Assembly (NCBI GenBank): GCA_963714015.1
Contig: OY970223.1
Span: 3,360,001-3,424,000 of the forward strand
Length of the DNA stretch: 64,000 nt
Source of the DNA: Vulcanimicrobiota bacterium
GTDB lineage: Bacteria > Vulcanimicrobiota > Vulcanimicrobiia > Vulcanimicrobiales > Vulcanimicrobiaceae
Direction of reading: 5' to 3'
The notes beneath the pieces are model-generated. The model saw only the letters and a program-made list of their open reading frames with translations. It was not told the origin of the DNA and searched no databases. Both the position numbers and the translations under genes were made by a program. This document shows positions 1-8,762 of this stretch, in pieces (position 1 is the stretch's first letter; each line of letters starts with the position of its first letter).

Positions 1-1683
1 ATCCACAGACTGCAGGCCTTCGTCGGCGAGCTGCTGTTTGACGCGATCGGGTTGAGCTTCGGGCTTGTCGATCTTGTTGACGGCAACGACGATGGGCACG
101 CCCGCCGCTTTGACGTGTGCGATGGCTTCCTTCGTTTGCGGCATGACGCCGTCGTCGGCCGCGACGACCAAAATCGCTACGTCGGTAACTTTCGCGCCGC
201 GCGCGCGCATCGCGGTGAACGCTTCGTGACCCGGCGTATCGATGAACGTGATCTTGCGATCGTTCTTTTCGACGGTGTATGCGCCGATGCGCTGCGTGAT
301 GCCGCCGGCTTCGCCCCCGGCGACGTTGGCGCTGCGGATCTTGTCGAGCAGCGAGGTCTTGCCGTGGTCGACGTGACCGAGCACCGTGACGACGGGCGGA
401 CGCGTCGTCATCATCTCGGGCTTGTCTTCTTCTTGCTCGACGGTCACTTCTTCGCCGGCTTCCTTGACGACGGCGCTGAATCCGAACTTCTTCGCGACGT
501 TGATCGCGATGTCGCTCGAGATGTTCTGGTTGATTGTGGCCATCGTGCCCATCTTGATGAGCTCTTTGATGACGTCTTTGGCCGGAACGATCATCGACGT
601 GGCAAGTTCTTGAACAGTCAGAAGATCGGGAATCTCGATCGCTTCCAGCTTAACCGCAGCGGGCGCGGCGGTTTCGACGCGTTTTTTGCGGTTGCGCTCT
701 TTTTCGAGCAGCAGCTCCTTCTCGCGATCTTTCTTGTTGACTTTGTCGTCCCGCTCGCGCGAACGATCGCCGGGGCGACCGCCGCCCGAACTGGGCGTGG
801 GCGCCTCGGTCGCGGACGACGGAACGCCGGGCCGCGGTGTAAACGGACGTTGTCCCGGCGGCGTCAGCGGCCGGAATGGACCATTGCCCTGGGGCCTGCG
901 CGGCGGAGCGGGCGTAATGAGACGCCCGGGCTGCGGAGTCCGCGCCTGACCTGAGGCGGCTGGACCGTTGGCGGCACCGGCCTGCCCGGGGCGTGGCGCC
1001 ACGCCCGGACGGCCCGGAAGGCCGACTTGCGGTCCGGGTGAGGCCGACGCAGAGGTTGTCGGGGGCGGCGCCTGCCGGCGCGGCGGAAGCACGGACGATT
1101 GGCCTGAGGGCACCGGTCGCAGACGCGACACGGGCGAATGCTGCGCGGGCGGCCGCGAAATAGGTGCACTCACCGGAGGCGGCGCGGGCCGGCGCGCCGG
1201 CGGCGCGGGTTTGGCAGCGGGCTGTCCGTCAGACGGGGGTTCGGGAGCCTTGGCGGCCGGAGCGGCCTCCGAAGGCGGCGCTGCCGGCGCTGCGGGCTGC
1301 GCGGGCGGCTTCGTTTGAGCCGGCGCAGCGGCAACGCGGCGCGAGGTCGGTGCGACCGGTTTGAGCGTCGGAATGGGAGCCTCTGGCTCGGCCTTCGGCG
1401 GCGCGGCGGGCGGCTTTGCGGCGGCCGGAGCGGCCTTTGCGGCCTCTGAGGGTTTGGCGGGCTCCGCGGCCGGGGCAGTGGTCTGACCTGAAGATGCAGC
1501 CGGCTTGGCGGACTTTAAAAGTACGCTTCGCACGAGGTCTGCGATGTGATCGGGAACGACGCTGAGCTGGTTCTTCGCTTCGAAGATTCCGCCTAAGCGC
1601 TCGTTGAAGAGGTTAATCAGCTCTTTTGAAGTGAGCCCTACCTCTTTTGCAAGTTCAAATATTCGAACTTTTCCGGTAGCCAA
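1..1683 (-). CDS. infB: Translation initiation factor IF-2, N-terminal part (runs off the window start)
   Basis: Read manually: TTG start, [16 protein letters not shown], Pro/Arg-rich linker, GHVDHGKT and DTPGH GTPase motifs; downstream of nusA-ylxR. Confidence 0.97.
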   Translation of the reverse strand, partial: MATGKVRIFELAKEVGLTSKELINLFNERLGGIFEAKNQLSVVPDHIADLVRSVLLKSAKPAASSGQTTAPAAEPAKPSEAAKAAPAAAKPPAAPPKAEPEAPIPTLKPVAPTSRRVAAAPAQTKPPAQPAAPAAPPSEAAPAAKAPEPPSDGQPAAKPAPPARRPAPPPVSAPISRPPAQHSPVSRLRPVPSGQSSVLPPRRQAPPPTTSASASPGPQVGLPGRPGVAPRPGQAGAANGPAASGQARTPQPGRLITPAPPRRPQGNGPFRPLTPPGQRPFTPRPGVPSSATEAPTPSSGGGRPGDRSRERDDKVNKKDREKELLLEKERNRKKRVETAAPAAVKLEAIEIPDLLTVQELATSMIVPAKDVIKELIKMGTMATINQNISSDIAINVAKKFGFSAVVKEAGEEVTVEQEEDKPEMMTTRPPVVTVLGHVDHGKTSLLDKIRSANVAGGEAGGITQRIGAYTVEKNDRKITFIDTPGHEAFTAMRARGAKVTDVAILVVAADDGVMPQTKEAIAHVKAAGVPIVVAVNKIDKPEAQPDRVKQQLADEGLQSVD

Positions 1684-1702
1684 ATTCTGCCTTTCACGTT
1701 GC

Positions 1703-1797
1703 AGGCGTGTAAAATCCCTCGCGCTGAGCCGAGGGTGCCTGCATCTGCCCTCAGTTCATGTCACGCGCCTCCCGCTCTCCGCGCGCCCGCACGGAGA
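1703..1797 (-). promoter_or_regulatory. Structured intercistronic leader upstream of infB
   Basis: Nested stems 1770-1761/1712-1703 and 1758-1748/1735-1724, plus hairpin 1776-1797. Confidence 0.4.
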
Positions 1798-1853
1798 CCG
1801 CAAAACGATTACGCATTGTGCATTTTGAACGTCATGTCGATTGAATCAAACGG

Positions 1854-2138
1854 TTAGCCTAGTTGTAACCCGTATTCGCCGGCTGCGGATGCAAGCCCCG
1901 GATACTTCTTATTTTTCTCCACTTTGCGAACGCATCCGGCCGAGCAAAGGTAGACTCCCCTGCCGGGCTGCCGCTTCGACCCGGCGTCCGGCTGCCACTG
2001 CCGAGGGCCCGCACGTACGAACCGCTGCATCAGCGCCTGGGGTTTTCGCTGCCGGCACCCCGCGCACTGCCTGACGCCGACCTCGCCGCGGCGGGCGGGA
2101 CGCTCGCCACTACGGCGCGCAGAGGCCTTAGCCTTCAT
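1854..2138 (-). CDS. ylxR: YlxR/DUF448 (RnpM-like) RNA-binding protein
   Basis: RQCAGCR and GRGVYLC motifs; lies between nusA and infB. Confidence 0.88.
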   Translation of the reverse strand: MKAKASARRSGERPARRGEVGVRQCAGCRQRKPQALMQRFVRAGPRQWQPDAGSKRQPGRGVYLCSAGCVRKVEKNKKYPGLASAAGEYGLQLG

Positions 2139-3361
2139 TCACCGAGGCGTTCGCGCTTGAACTCCTCGAGTTTGCGGATCAGTTCTTCGTCGATGGAAGC
2201 AGCCGGCGCGCCCTCTTCAGTCTCGGCCGTCTCGGCGACTTCGACTTCGGCCTGAACGACCGGCGCCTCGCCGCCTTCGGCGCTCTGTGCCCGTTCGGCC
2301 AAGTAGCGTTCGCGCGCCTCACCGGCTTCGGTTTCGCTCGCGATGTCCAAGCGCCAGCCGGTCAGACGAGCCGCTAACCGCACGTTTTGGCCTTCGCGGC
2401 CGATTGCCAGCGAGAGCTGATAATCCGGCACGACGACGAGCGCAACGCCGTCGTCTTCGAAGAGTTCGACGCCCAGGACTTTCGCCGGCTGTAGAGCGTT
2501 CATGATGAACGCCACGGGATCGGACTCCCACCGGATGACGTCGATCTTCTCGCCGCGCAATTCGTCGGAAACATTGGCAATGCGGCTGGACTTTGGGCCT
2601 AAGCACGCGCCAATCGGATCGATCTCCGGGCGAACGCTGCGCACGGCAACCTTCGAGCGGCTCCCCGGTTCTCGCGCGATCGCCATGATCTCGACGATAC
2701 CGTCTTCGATCTCGGGTACTTCGAACTCGAGCAGGCGCTGCACCAAACCTTCGGCTGCGCGCGAGAGAATGACGCTGGGGCCTTTAGGCGACTTGCGCAC
2801 GTCCAGAACGTACGCGCGAATGAAGTCGTTGATGCGGAAGTTCTCACGCGGCACCTGCTCCGAGAGCGGCAGCATCGCTTCGTCCTTACCGTCGAGGAGC
2901 ACGTACATGTTGCGCTGCTCGAAGCGCTGCACGGTGCCCTTGACGATGTCGTTGAGTTTGGCCGCGTACTTGTTGTAAACGGTGTCGCGTTCGGCCTCGC
3001 GGATGCGCTGGACGATCACTTGTTTGGCCGTCTGCGCAGCAATGCGTCCGAAGTCTTTCGGCGTCACTTCCTCGTCGAAATAGTCACCGACCTGATACTG
3101 GGGTCCCGATTGGCGCGGAGTTATCTCCAGTTTTGGATCCGCGACCTCTTCGACGACGGATCGCCGGTGGAAGACTTTGTATTCACCCGTTTGCCTGTCG
3201 ACGGTAACGATCGCGTTTGCTTCGCTGCCGAAATGGCGCTTGTACGCCGTCAGCAACGCCGCTTCCAACGCTTCGATGAGCATCTCGAAAGGAATGTTCC
3301 GCTCCTTCGAGATGAAGTGCAGAACGTCGATAAGTTTTTCGTCGGTCGCAGTCTCAGGCAT
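2135..3361 (-). CDS. nusA: Transcription termination/antitermination factor NusA
   Basis: FGRIAAQTAKQVIVQ, S1 and KH domains, AIGREGQNVRLA. Confidence 0.98.
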   Translation of the reverse strand: MPETATDEKLIDVLHFISKERNIPFEMLIEALEAALLTAYKRHFGSEANAIVTVDRQTGEYKVFHRRSVVEEVADPKLEITPRQSGPQYQVGDYFDEEVTPKDFGRIAAQTAKQVIVQRIREAERDTVYNKYAAKLNDIVKGTVQRFEQRNMYVLLDGKDEAMLPLSEQVPRENFRINDFIRAYVLDVRKSPKGPSVILSRAAEGLVQRLLEFEVPEIEDGIVEIMAIAREPGSRSKVAVRSVRPEIDPIGACLGPKSSRIANVSDELRGEKIDVIRWESDPVAFIMNALQPAKVLGVELFEDDGVALVVVPDYQLSLAIGREGQNVRLAARLTGWRLDIASETEAGEARERYLAERAQSAEGGEAPVVQAEVEVAETAETEEGAPAASIDEELIRKLEEFKRERLGE

Positions 3362-3908
3362 TGTTCAAATTCTTCCGTTCCATTTTAACAGGCGTATCGG
3401 CTCTTTGTTTTCGTTCTTTCTTATCTCGCTGCAAGTCCGAGCGGACGTCGTATTCCAGATTTGCGCGCTCGATGGTCGCGAGCGGCAACGGTAGTTCGCC
3501 TTTAGGCGTCTCCAGGATCACGTTCGTTCCGCGAACGCCGCGCAGCACGCCTCGGTGCGTCTTACCGCCCTGCACGAGCAATGACGTGACGACTTTGGCG
3601 GCGCGTCCGGCGAAACGTTCGTAGTCTCCCGGCTTGGTCAGAGGGCGATTCAGCCCCGCTGATTCGACCTCGAGCCGATAAGGGTCGTCGTAAGCGTCCA
3701 GTCGGGCATTGATTGTAGCAGCAATCCGTTCGCACGTAGCGAGATCGACGCCGCCTTCACGATCGATCGTGACGCTAAGCGACGTCGTTTGCCTGCCGCG
3801 GCGGGCGGAATGATGTACGATCTCCACGCCGGCAAAATGCGAATCGTGCGCGATCGATTCGATCGCGCGCTCGAACGCTTGCGGGAGCGTCAATTCTTCC
3901 AAAGGCAT
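3354..3908 (-). CDS. rimP: Ribosome maturation factor RimP
   Basis: IDREGGVDLATCE, YRLEVESAGLNRPL; first gene of the nusA operon. Confidence 0.95.
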   Translation of the reverse strand: MPLEELTLPQAFERAIESIAHDSHFAGVEIVHHSARRGRQTTSLSVTIDREGGVDLATCERIAATINARLDAYDDPYRLEVESAGLNRPLTKPGDYERFAGRAAKVVTSLLVQGGKTHRGVLRGVRGTNVILETPKGELPLPLATIERANLEYDVRSDLQRDKKERKQRADTPVKMERKNLNNA

Positions 3909-3927
3909 GACCGGTTTTCGGACCCTT

Positions 3928-3960
3928 ACAACAACGAAGCGCGGGACCTGCCCACGCTTC
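3928..3960 (-). promoter_or_regulatory. rimP-leader hairpin/attenuator
   Basis: GAAGCGTGGG-caggt-CCCGCGCTTC followed by GTTGTTGT, just upstream of rimP; resembles the GGG/CCC rimP leader. Confidence 0.65.
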
Positions 3961-3985
3961 TGCGATTACTGCGTAAGAATACCCT

Positions 3986-4028
3986 AAAAATGCGGCGGGC
4001 CGCAACCCCAGTGGGTGCAGCCCCTCGC
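3986..4028 (-). terminator. Intrinsic terminator
   Basis: GC-rich hairpin 4028-3992 followed by ATTTTT on the minus strand. Confidence 0.6.
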
Positions 4029-4214
4029 TCTGTTTAGTCTTCGCTGACTTAGAGCACGCATAAATTCGTGCCGGTGGACGTCCGGCTGCCGCTGAGCGCT
4101 CGTCTAGCGCTCCGTTGTTATGGCGCGCTCACTCGGGCTCCGTGGCCCGGTGGATCTTGCGGTAGTTCCAACCGCCCTCCTTAATGTTAACGCTCAAGCG
4201 TCTTTGCTGAGACA
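3986..4214 (-). ncRNA. Candidate ~230 nt small RNA (multi-hairpin, GGA-rich)
   Basis: Bounded by a near-consensus sigma70 promoter and a terminator; about six hairpins; no long ORF. Confidence 0.5.
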
Positions 4215-4219
4215 CCTTC

Positions 4220-4248
4220 ATTTTACGCCGCCGCAGCCGCAGTTTCAA
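4220..4248 (-). promoter_or_regulatory. Sigma70-type promoter TTGAAA-N17-TAAAAT
   Basis: -35 at 4248-4243, -10 at 4225-4220, 17 bp spacer. Confidence 0.7.
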
Positions 4249-5510
4249 GAACCCTTCGACGGCTCGGGTGCTGGCGGAGTAAACGGTTCCAAGTGCCCGG
4301 CGCAAATGAACGAGGAATTCGGTTCGATAATCCATTTCGGCTCGAGATCGCGATCGGAATCCACCATATATTGCGACCTTGAACCCGGATCGGGCAAGCG
4401 TGCGACCCACCCGGTACACCATTTGATTGGCCCGATCCGCTTCACCGACGTGACGTACATCTCCACGGCGAGCTCTTCGGGTGCAGTCCCCAAGAACGAT
4501 TGCTTCCATCTTTGAGCCGCGACATTTTCGACGTACAGAAACTTCGTGTTTGCGATGACGTCCGGCGGTGGAGTCGGCGGGGGCGGCGGCGTCGAGATTA
4601 GGCTTCCGGAGAAGTGGTAGTGCTCGCGCGGGGGCGGCGACATGGACGGATTGGCCGTTGGAATCAAATTCCGTAAGCGCTGGTTGAGCGTCTGACCGCG
4701 TTTGAAGGCAACGCGAGGGGCGGGGCGAGGCGTCGAGGGCGGCGCTTGAATCGGGCGCGCCGCTTGGGGTCCTTTCACGGCCGCGACCGGCTTTGGCCCC
4801 GGCGATCCGGCCAGCGTCCCCGGCGTCACGACGGTGACGGGCTTAGCCATCGCAATGACCGGCGCGGCAGTGGCTTGCAGAGGCGACGGTTCGGGCTGCG
4901 CGGTCGGCGGCGCAGCCGTCGGCGGCACAGCGGTCTGCGGCGCTTTGGCGGTCGGGACCGGCGTGCGCTTCACCGGCGGAGGGCTCGGCGCGGCAGATGG
5001 TCTCGGAACCGGTGAGGCGGTCGGTGGTGATTTTATCGACACAGCCGTTACCGGCAACGGAACGCTGGTCGGTACCGCAGCCGCGATCGGTGCGGCCGAA
5101 ACCGCAATCTGCGGCTCTTGCGTGACCACCGGCGCCGGCTGCATGGTGCTTTGCGGCGCGGGCGTCGGATTCGGCGGCGCCGTCGGTGCGAATTTCGCAA
5201 GCTCGTGCAATACGCGCGGATGCGGCGGCGCCGCTTGGGCGCGAGCTTGCGGATGCGCAGTCGGCATGACGCGCGCATGCGGAACGGGCGGCTGTGCATG
5301 CTGCGCCTGCGTTTGCGGCGGCGTCTTCGGCGCTTGCCGGGTGACGGTTACCAGCACGCCGTTCGTGGTAGACTCCGGCGCGCTTTGCTCCGAAGACGAA
5401 GTTGCCAACGAAAATAAGCAGAACGCTGCGATTGCGTGCAACAGCAGCGACGCGGCGAAGCTGACGAGCGTGCGTTCGGGGCGCCGTTTGTCGTTCGGAT
5501 CGCGTGTCAA
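4245..5510 (-). CDS. Membrane-anchored Pro/Ala-rich protein (TonB-like N-terminus, unknown C-terminal domain)
   Basis: SLLLHAIAA anchor, long Pro-rich linker; start TTG at 5510 is inferred. Confidence 0.7.
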   Translation of the reverse strand: MTRDPNDKRRPERTLVSFAASLLLHAIAAFCLFSLATSSSEQSAPESTTNGVLVTVTRQAPKTPPQTQAQHAQPPVPHARVMPTAHPQARAQAAPPHPRVLHELAKFAPTAPPNPTPAPQSTMQPAPVVTQEPQIAVSAAPIAAAVPTSVPLPVTAVSIKSPPTASPVPRPSAAPSPPPVKRTPVPTAKAPQTAVPPTAAPPTAQPEPSPLQATAAPVIAMAKPVTVVTPGTLAGSPGPKPVAAVKGPQAARPIQAPPSTPRPAPRVAFKRGQTLNQRLRNLIPTANPSMSPPPREHYHFSGSLISTPPPPPTPPPDVIANTKFLYVENVAAQRWKQSFLGTAPEELAVEMYVTSVKRIGPIKWCTGWVARLPDPGSRSQYMVDSDRDLEPKWIIEPNSSFICAGHLEPFTPPAPEPSKGS

Positions 5511-5553
5511 GCGCAGGACCCTTCGGGAACTTTCTCGCAACGGCCTGGAGCGC

Positions 5554-6984
5554 ATGGAAAAGACGCAAAAACGTACGAAGATCGTCGCAACGCTCGGTCC
5601 GGCGTCGCGCGATCCGGAGATCATTCGATCGCTCATCATTGCGGGCGCAAACGTTTTCAGGCTCAACTTCTCGCACGGTTCGCCGCAAGAGCATTCCGAG
5701 AACATCGACAACATCCGCAAAGTCGCCGTGGATCTGAACCGGCACATCGCGATACTTCAGGATCTGCCGGGTCCCAAAGTTCGCACCGGGAAATTTGCGG
5801 ACGGCGCAACGAGCGTGCACCTCGAACGCGGACAGCAGTTCGTGCTGACCACTCACGAGGAACCAGGCAGCGTCCAGCGCGTCTCGGTTTCGTATCATGA
5901 CCTGCCGGCCGACGTCGCCGTCGGCAACCGCATCTATCTGCAAGACGGCACGATCACGCTGCGGATACTGGAAAAGAGCGCGACCGACATTTCCACGACG
6001 GTCGAAGTAGGCGGCGATCTTCGCGAGCAGCAGGGCATCAACTATCCGGACGGCACGCTGAATATCGCCGCCGTGTCCGATCGCGACTTGGAGTTTCTGG
6101 CCTTCGGGCTGGAACGCGACGTCGACTACGTCGCCGTTTCGTTCGTGCGCAACGCCGACGACGTGCGGCGCGTCAAATCATTTATCACCGACCGCAAAAA
6201 AACCACGCACGTCCTGGCAAAGATCGAAAAGCACGAGGCTCTGGACGACATCGAAGATATCATCGCCAGCGCCGACGGCATCATGGTTGCACGCGGTGAC
6301 TTGGGGATCGAGATTCCGCTCGAGCAAGTTCCCCTCGTGCAGAAAGACCTTATAGCGCGCTGCAACCGCGCGAGCAAACCGGTCGTCACGGCCACCCAGA
6401 TGCTCGAGTCGATGACGTTCAATCCACGCCCGACGCGCGCCGAGGCGACCGACGTCGCCAACGCTATCTTGGACGGTACCGACGCCGTCATGCTCTCGGG
6501 TGAGACCGCCCGCGGGCAGTATCCCACCGAGACCGTGCGCGTCATGGCCGAGATTGCGCGAGAAGTGGAGAAACAGTATCCGCACGAGACGCTGCAACTG
6601 CGTCGATTGGAAGGCGCGACGCGCGACATCGCAACGTCGATCGCCGAAGCGGCTACGCGTTCGAGCTCGGAGTTACACCTGCCGTTCATCGTTACCGGCA
6701 CCACGACCGGCAATGCCGCGCATCACATTTCCGCGTTTCGCCCGAAGGCGCACATCATCGCGCTCACTCCCGTCCCTGAGGTGGCCCGGCGGTTAGCTCT
6801 GCTTTGGGGGATCGAATCGATTCTGATCGAGCGCTACTCCTCGATCGACGTGCTGCTTCACATCATGGAGCAGCGGATGCTCGCGGAAGGCCTGGTCGAC
6901 CACGGCGACTGCGTCGCATTCACCACGGGCATGCCGGTCGGCGCCGGCGGAACGAACTTGCTCAAGGTGCACCAGATTGTTTAG
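5554..6984 (+). CDS. pyk: Pyruvate kinase
   Basis: RTKIVATLGPAS, RLNFSHG, MVARGDLG, ATQMLESM, MLSGETA. Confidence 0.98.
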   Translation: MEKTQKRTKIVATLGPASRDPEIIRSLIIAGANVFRLNFSHGSPQEHSENIDNIRKVAVDLNRHIAILQDLPGPKVRTGKFADGATSVHLERGQQFVLTTHEEPGSVQRVSVSYHDLPADVAVGNRIYLQDGTITLRILEKSATDISTTVEVGGDLREQQGINYPDGTLNIAAVSDRDLEFLAFGLERDVDYVAVSFVRNADDVRRVKSFITDRKKTTHVLAKIEKHEALDDIEDIIASADGIMVARGDLGIEIPLEQVPLVQKDLIARCNRASKPVVTATQMLESMTFNPRPTRAEATDVANAILDGTDAVMLSGETARGQYPTETVRVMAEIAREVEKQYPHETLQLRRLEGATRDIATSIAEAATRSSSELHLPFIVTGTTTGNAAHHISAFRPKAHIIALTPVPEVARRLALLWGIESILIERYSSIDVLLHIMEQRMLAEGLVDHGDCVAFTTGMPVGAGGTNLLKVHQIV

Positions 6985-7418
6985 CTGAACGCGAAGCGGC
7001 CTCGGCCGTCGCCTCGAGCAGCGCGATTGTTTTCCGGTCCACACCGCTCCCCAATTGCGAAGCTTAACTCCGCAAGCGCCGATTGCAGCGAGGCGGCAAT
7101 CTTTCGCCCTTCCTTCGTGAGTGCGATTGCGATGCTGCGTCGATCGGAGCTCGAGCGCTCCCGCTCGACGTAGCCTTTTGATTCCAGACGATCTAAAACA
7201 CTGGTAAGCGTAGACCGGCGGTGCAGGAAGGCGCGATGAACCTCGTTTATCGTGCTGCTTCCCGCCGGTAAGAGCTGCAGCAGAACGAGGGCTTCCGGCT
7301 GCGAAAGTTCAGTCCCGAACTTTGCATCGACGAACAAGCCCAAGGCGTGCACGGCACGGTGCAGCTGCGCTACGTACGAGATGAAAAGTTCGGGATCCGC
7401 ATATCGTCTCATTGACAT
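6981..7418 (-). CDS. MarR family regulator (possible +1 frameshift near 7050)
   Basis: STLTSVLDRLESKGYVER..DRRS..LTKEG winged helix. Confidence 0.88.
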   Translation of the reverse strand: MSMRRYADPELFISYVAQLHRAVHALGLFVDAKFGTELSQPEALVLLQLLPAGSSTINEVHRAFLHRRSTLTSVLDRLESKGYVERERSSSDRRSIAIALTKEGRKIAASLQSALAELSFAIGERCGPENNRAARGDGRGRFAFS

Positions 7419-7447
7419 TACTACGATTTCGTATTATATGTTTTCGT
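7412..7447. promoter_or_regulatory. Overlapping divergent promoters with palindromic operator (putative MarR site)
   Basis: TTGACA at 7412 on +, TATAAT on the minus strand, palindrome TACGA-tt-TCGTA at 7422-7433 between divergent genes. Confidence 0.45.
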
Positions 7448-7915
7448 ATGACTATCGCGCCTTTCCTTCTCGCGCTCACCGTTCAAGCAACAATGATTCT
7501 GCATCTGGCGGCGCCGCCCGCCGCGGCGTTTCCCCTTTTCGATCCGGTAAATGAGACCAAGTGGGATCCATCGTGGAAACCCCAGTTGCTTGGACCTGCT
7601 GTCAAACAAGGCTTAGTTTTCCTGACGCACGACGAACGCGGAAGCGCCACCTGGCTGCTCGACCGGTACGATCCGGCGGCGCACGTCATCCGCTATGTGG
7701 TTAGCGCGCCGGATCTGCTCGACGAGATTGATATCCAGGTGCGGCCCGAAGGCCACTCGCGCAGCGTCGCATCGGTCACCTACCGGCGCACGTCCCTAAG
7801 CCCGTCCGGCGATGAGCAGGTCCGCTATTTTCAGCGCCACTTTCCCAAACACGCGCCGCATTGGGAATCGGCGATCAACGCCGCCTTGGCCAGTTCTAAC
7901 GGTCCTTCGAAATAG
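7448..7915 (+). CDS. SRPBCC/polyketide-cyclase-like protein
   Basis: AAFPLFDPVNETKWDPSW and HWESAINAAL pattern; divergent from MarR. Confidence 0.6.
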   Translation: MTIAPFLLALTVQATMILHLAAPPAAAFPLFDPVNETKWDPSWKPQLLGPAVKQGLVFLTHDERGSATWLLDRYDPAAHVIRYVVSAPDLLDEIDIQVRPEGHSRSVASVTYRRTSLSPSGDEQVRYFQRHFPKHAPHWESAINAALASSNGPSK

Positions 7916-7989
7916 ATAGCTGCTTCATGAACGGGACGAAGGCAGATGGCCATCGGGCGCACCGCTTCTTCGGGCAATTGGGCTGCCTG

Positions 7990-8502
7990 TTAGGGGCGCT
8001 CCGGTCGATAATGAATCTGCTTTAGGACGACGCTGTCTGGATTTAACTCATACTCAAAAAGCTTGTCATTCTTGCAGCATTTCTGTCCCGGAACATCGTA
8101 CGGGCGTTCGATCGTCAAGTGCGATCCGTCTAGGTTCGATCCGTAACCATAGCCCGATGGCGTATCGCCTTCGGGAAGCAGGGCCATACGAACGAGATGA
8201 CTCCCCCTCACCTTGAATATCGCAAACGCGCTGAATCCCATATCGTGGTCAGTTGTGAGCGGGACGAGCCAAAACGTCTGCTGCGCCGGCTTTGTCGTCT
8301 TCGCACCCATAATCTCGTACCGAAGTTCTCGGCCTTTAAGCCGAATAGTCTTCAAAAGCAGATTTCCATTGGAAAACTCTTGATAAGGTATCGGACGCGG
8401 CGGCGCCGGATCCGCTAACGCCGCCGAATTTGGCAACGCTTGAAAGGCTGCCATAATACTCGCGGCACAAGAAAGACTAAAAAGACATCTGTTCCAGTTC
8501 AT
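7990..8502 (-). CDS. Hypothetical secreted protein
   Basis: Signal-peptide-like N-terminus, CC motif near C-terminus; lower-GC segment. Confidence 0.55.
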   Translation of the reverse strand: MNWNRCLFSLSCAASIMAAFQALPNSAALADPAPPRPIPYQEFSNGNLLLKTIRLKGRELRYEIMGAKTTKPAQQTFWLVPLTTDHDMGFSAFAIFKVRGSHLVRMALLPEGDTPSGYGYGSNLDGSHLTIERPYDVPGQKCCKNDKLFEYELNPDSVVLKQIHYRPERP

Positions 8503-8762
8503 TTATTTGCATGGCGCGGCGGGGTTTGACTTGCTGATGTCCGTGCGTAGCGCAAAGAGCAATACCCTACCTCCGATTGCACAGCTCGCTGAGCGGAGTC
8601 ACCCAGCACCGTTATTGCCAGAAAAGTATAGTATGCTGGCGGTTGATCGTCAACCACTCGATTCGCGCGGGAAACGTACGCCGCGAACACGTTTAAGGGC
8701 TGCCTACACTCGGACTGGCCCGCGAACTTCCTCGTCCTGCGAGGTTGAACGCGATGTGCTGC

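Noticed and set aside
52..954. 300-aa plus-strand ORF and similar long antisense ORFs (9348, 16019, 28894, 51014, 58538)
   Set aside because: Shadow frames of well-supported opposite-strand genes in GC-rich DNA
3986..4214. tmRNA, SRP RNA or RNase P RNA
   Set aside because: No tRNA-like ends or tag ORF, no SRP GGAA/GCAGC domain, no GAGGAAAGUCC
4834..5553. N-terminal extension of pyruvate kinase
   Set aside because: Antisense of the Pro-rich gene; pyk starts at ATG 5554 after a GGAG SD
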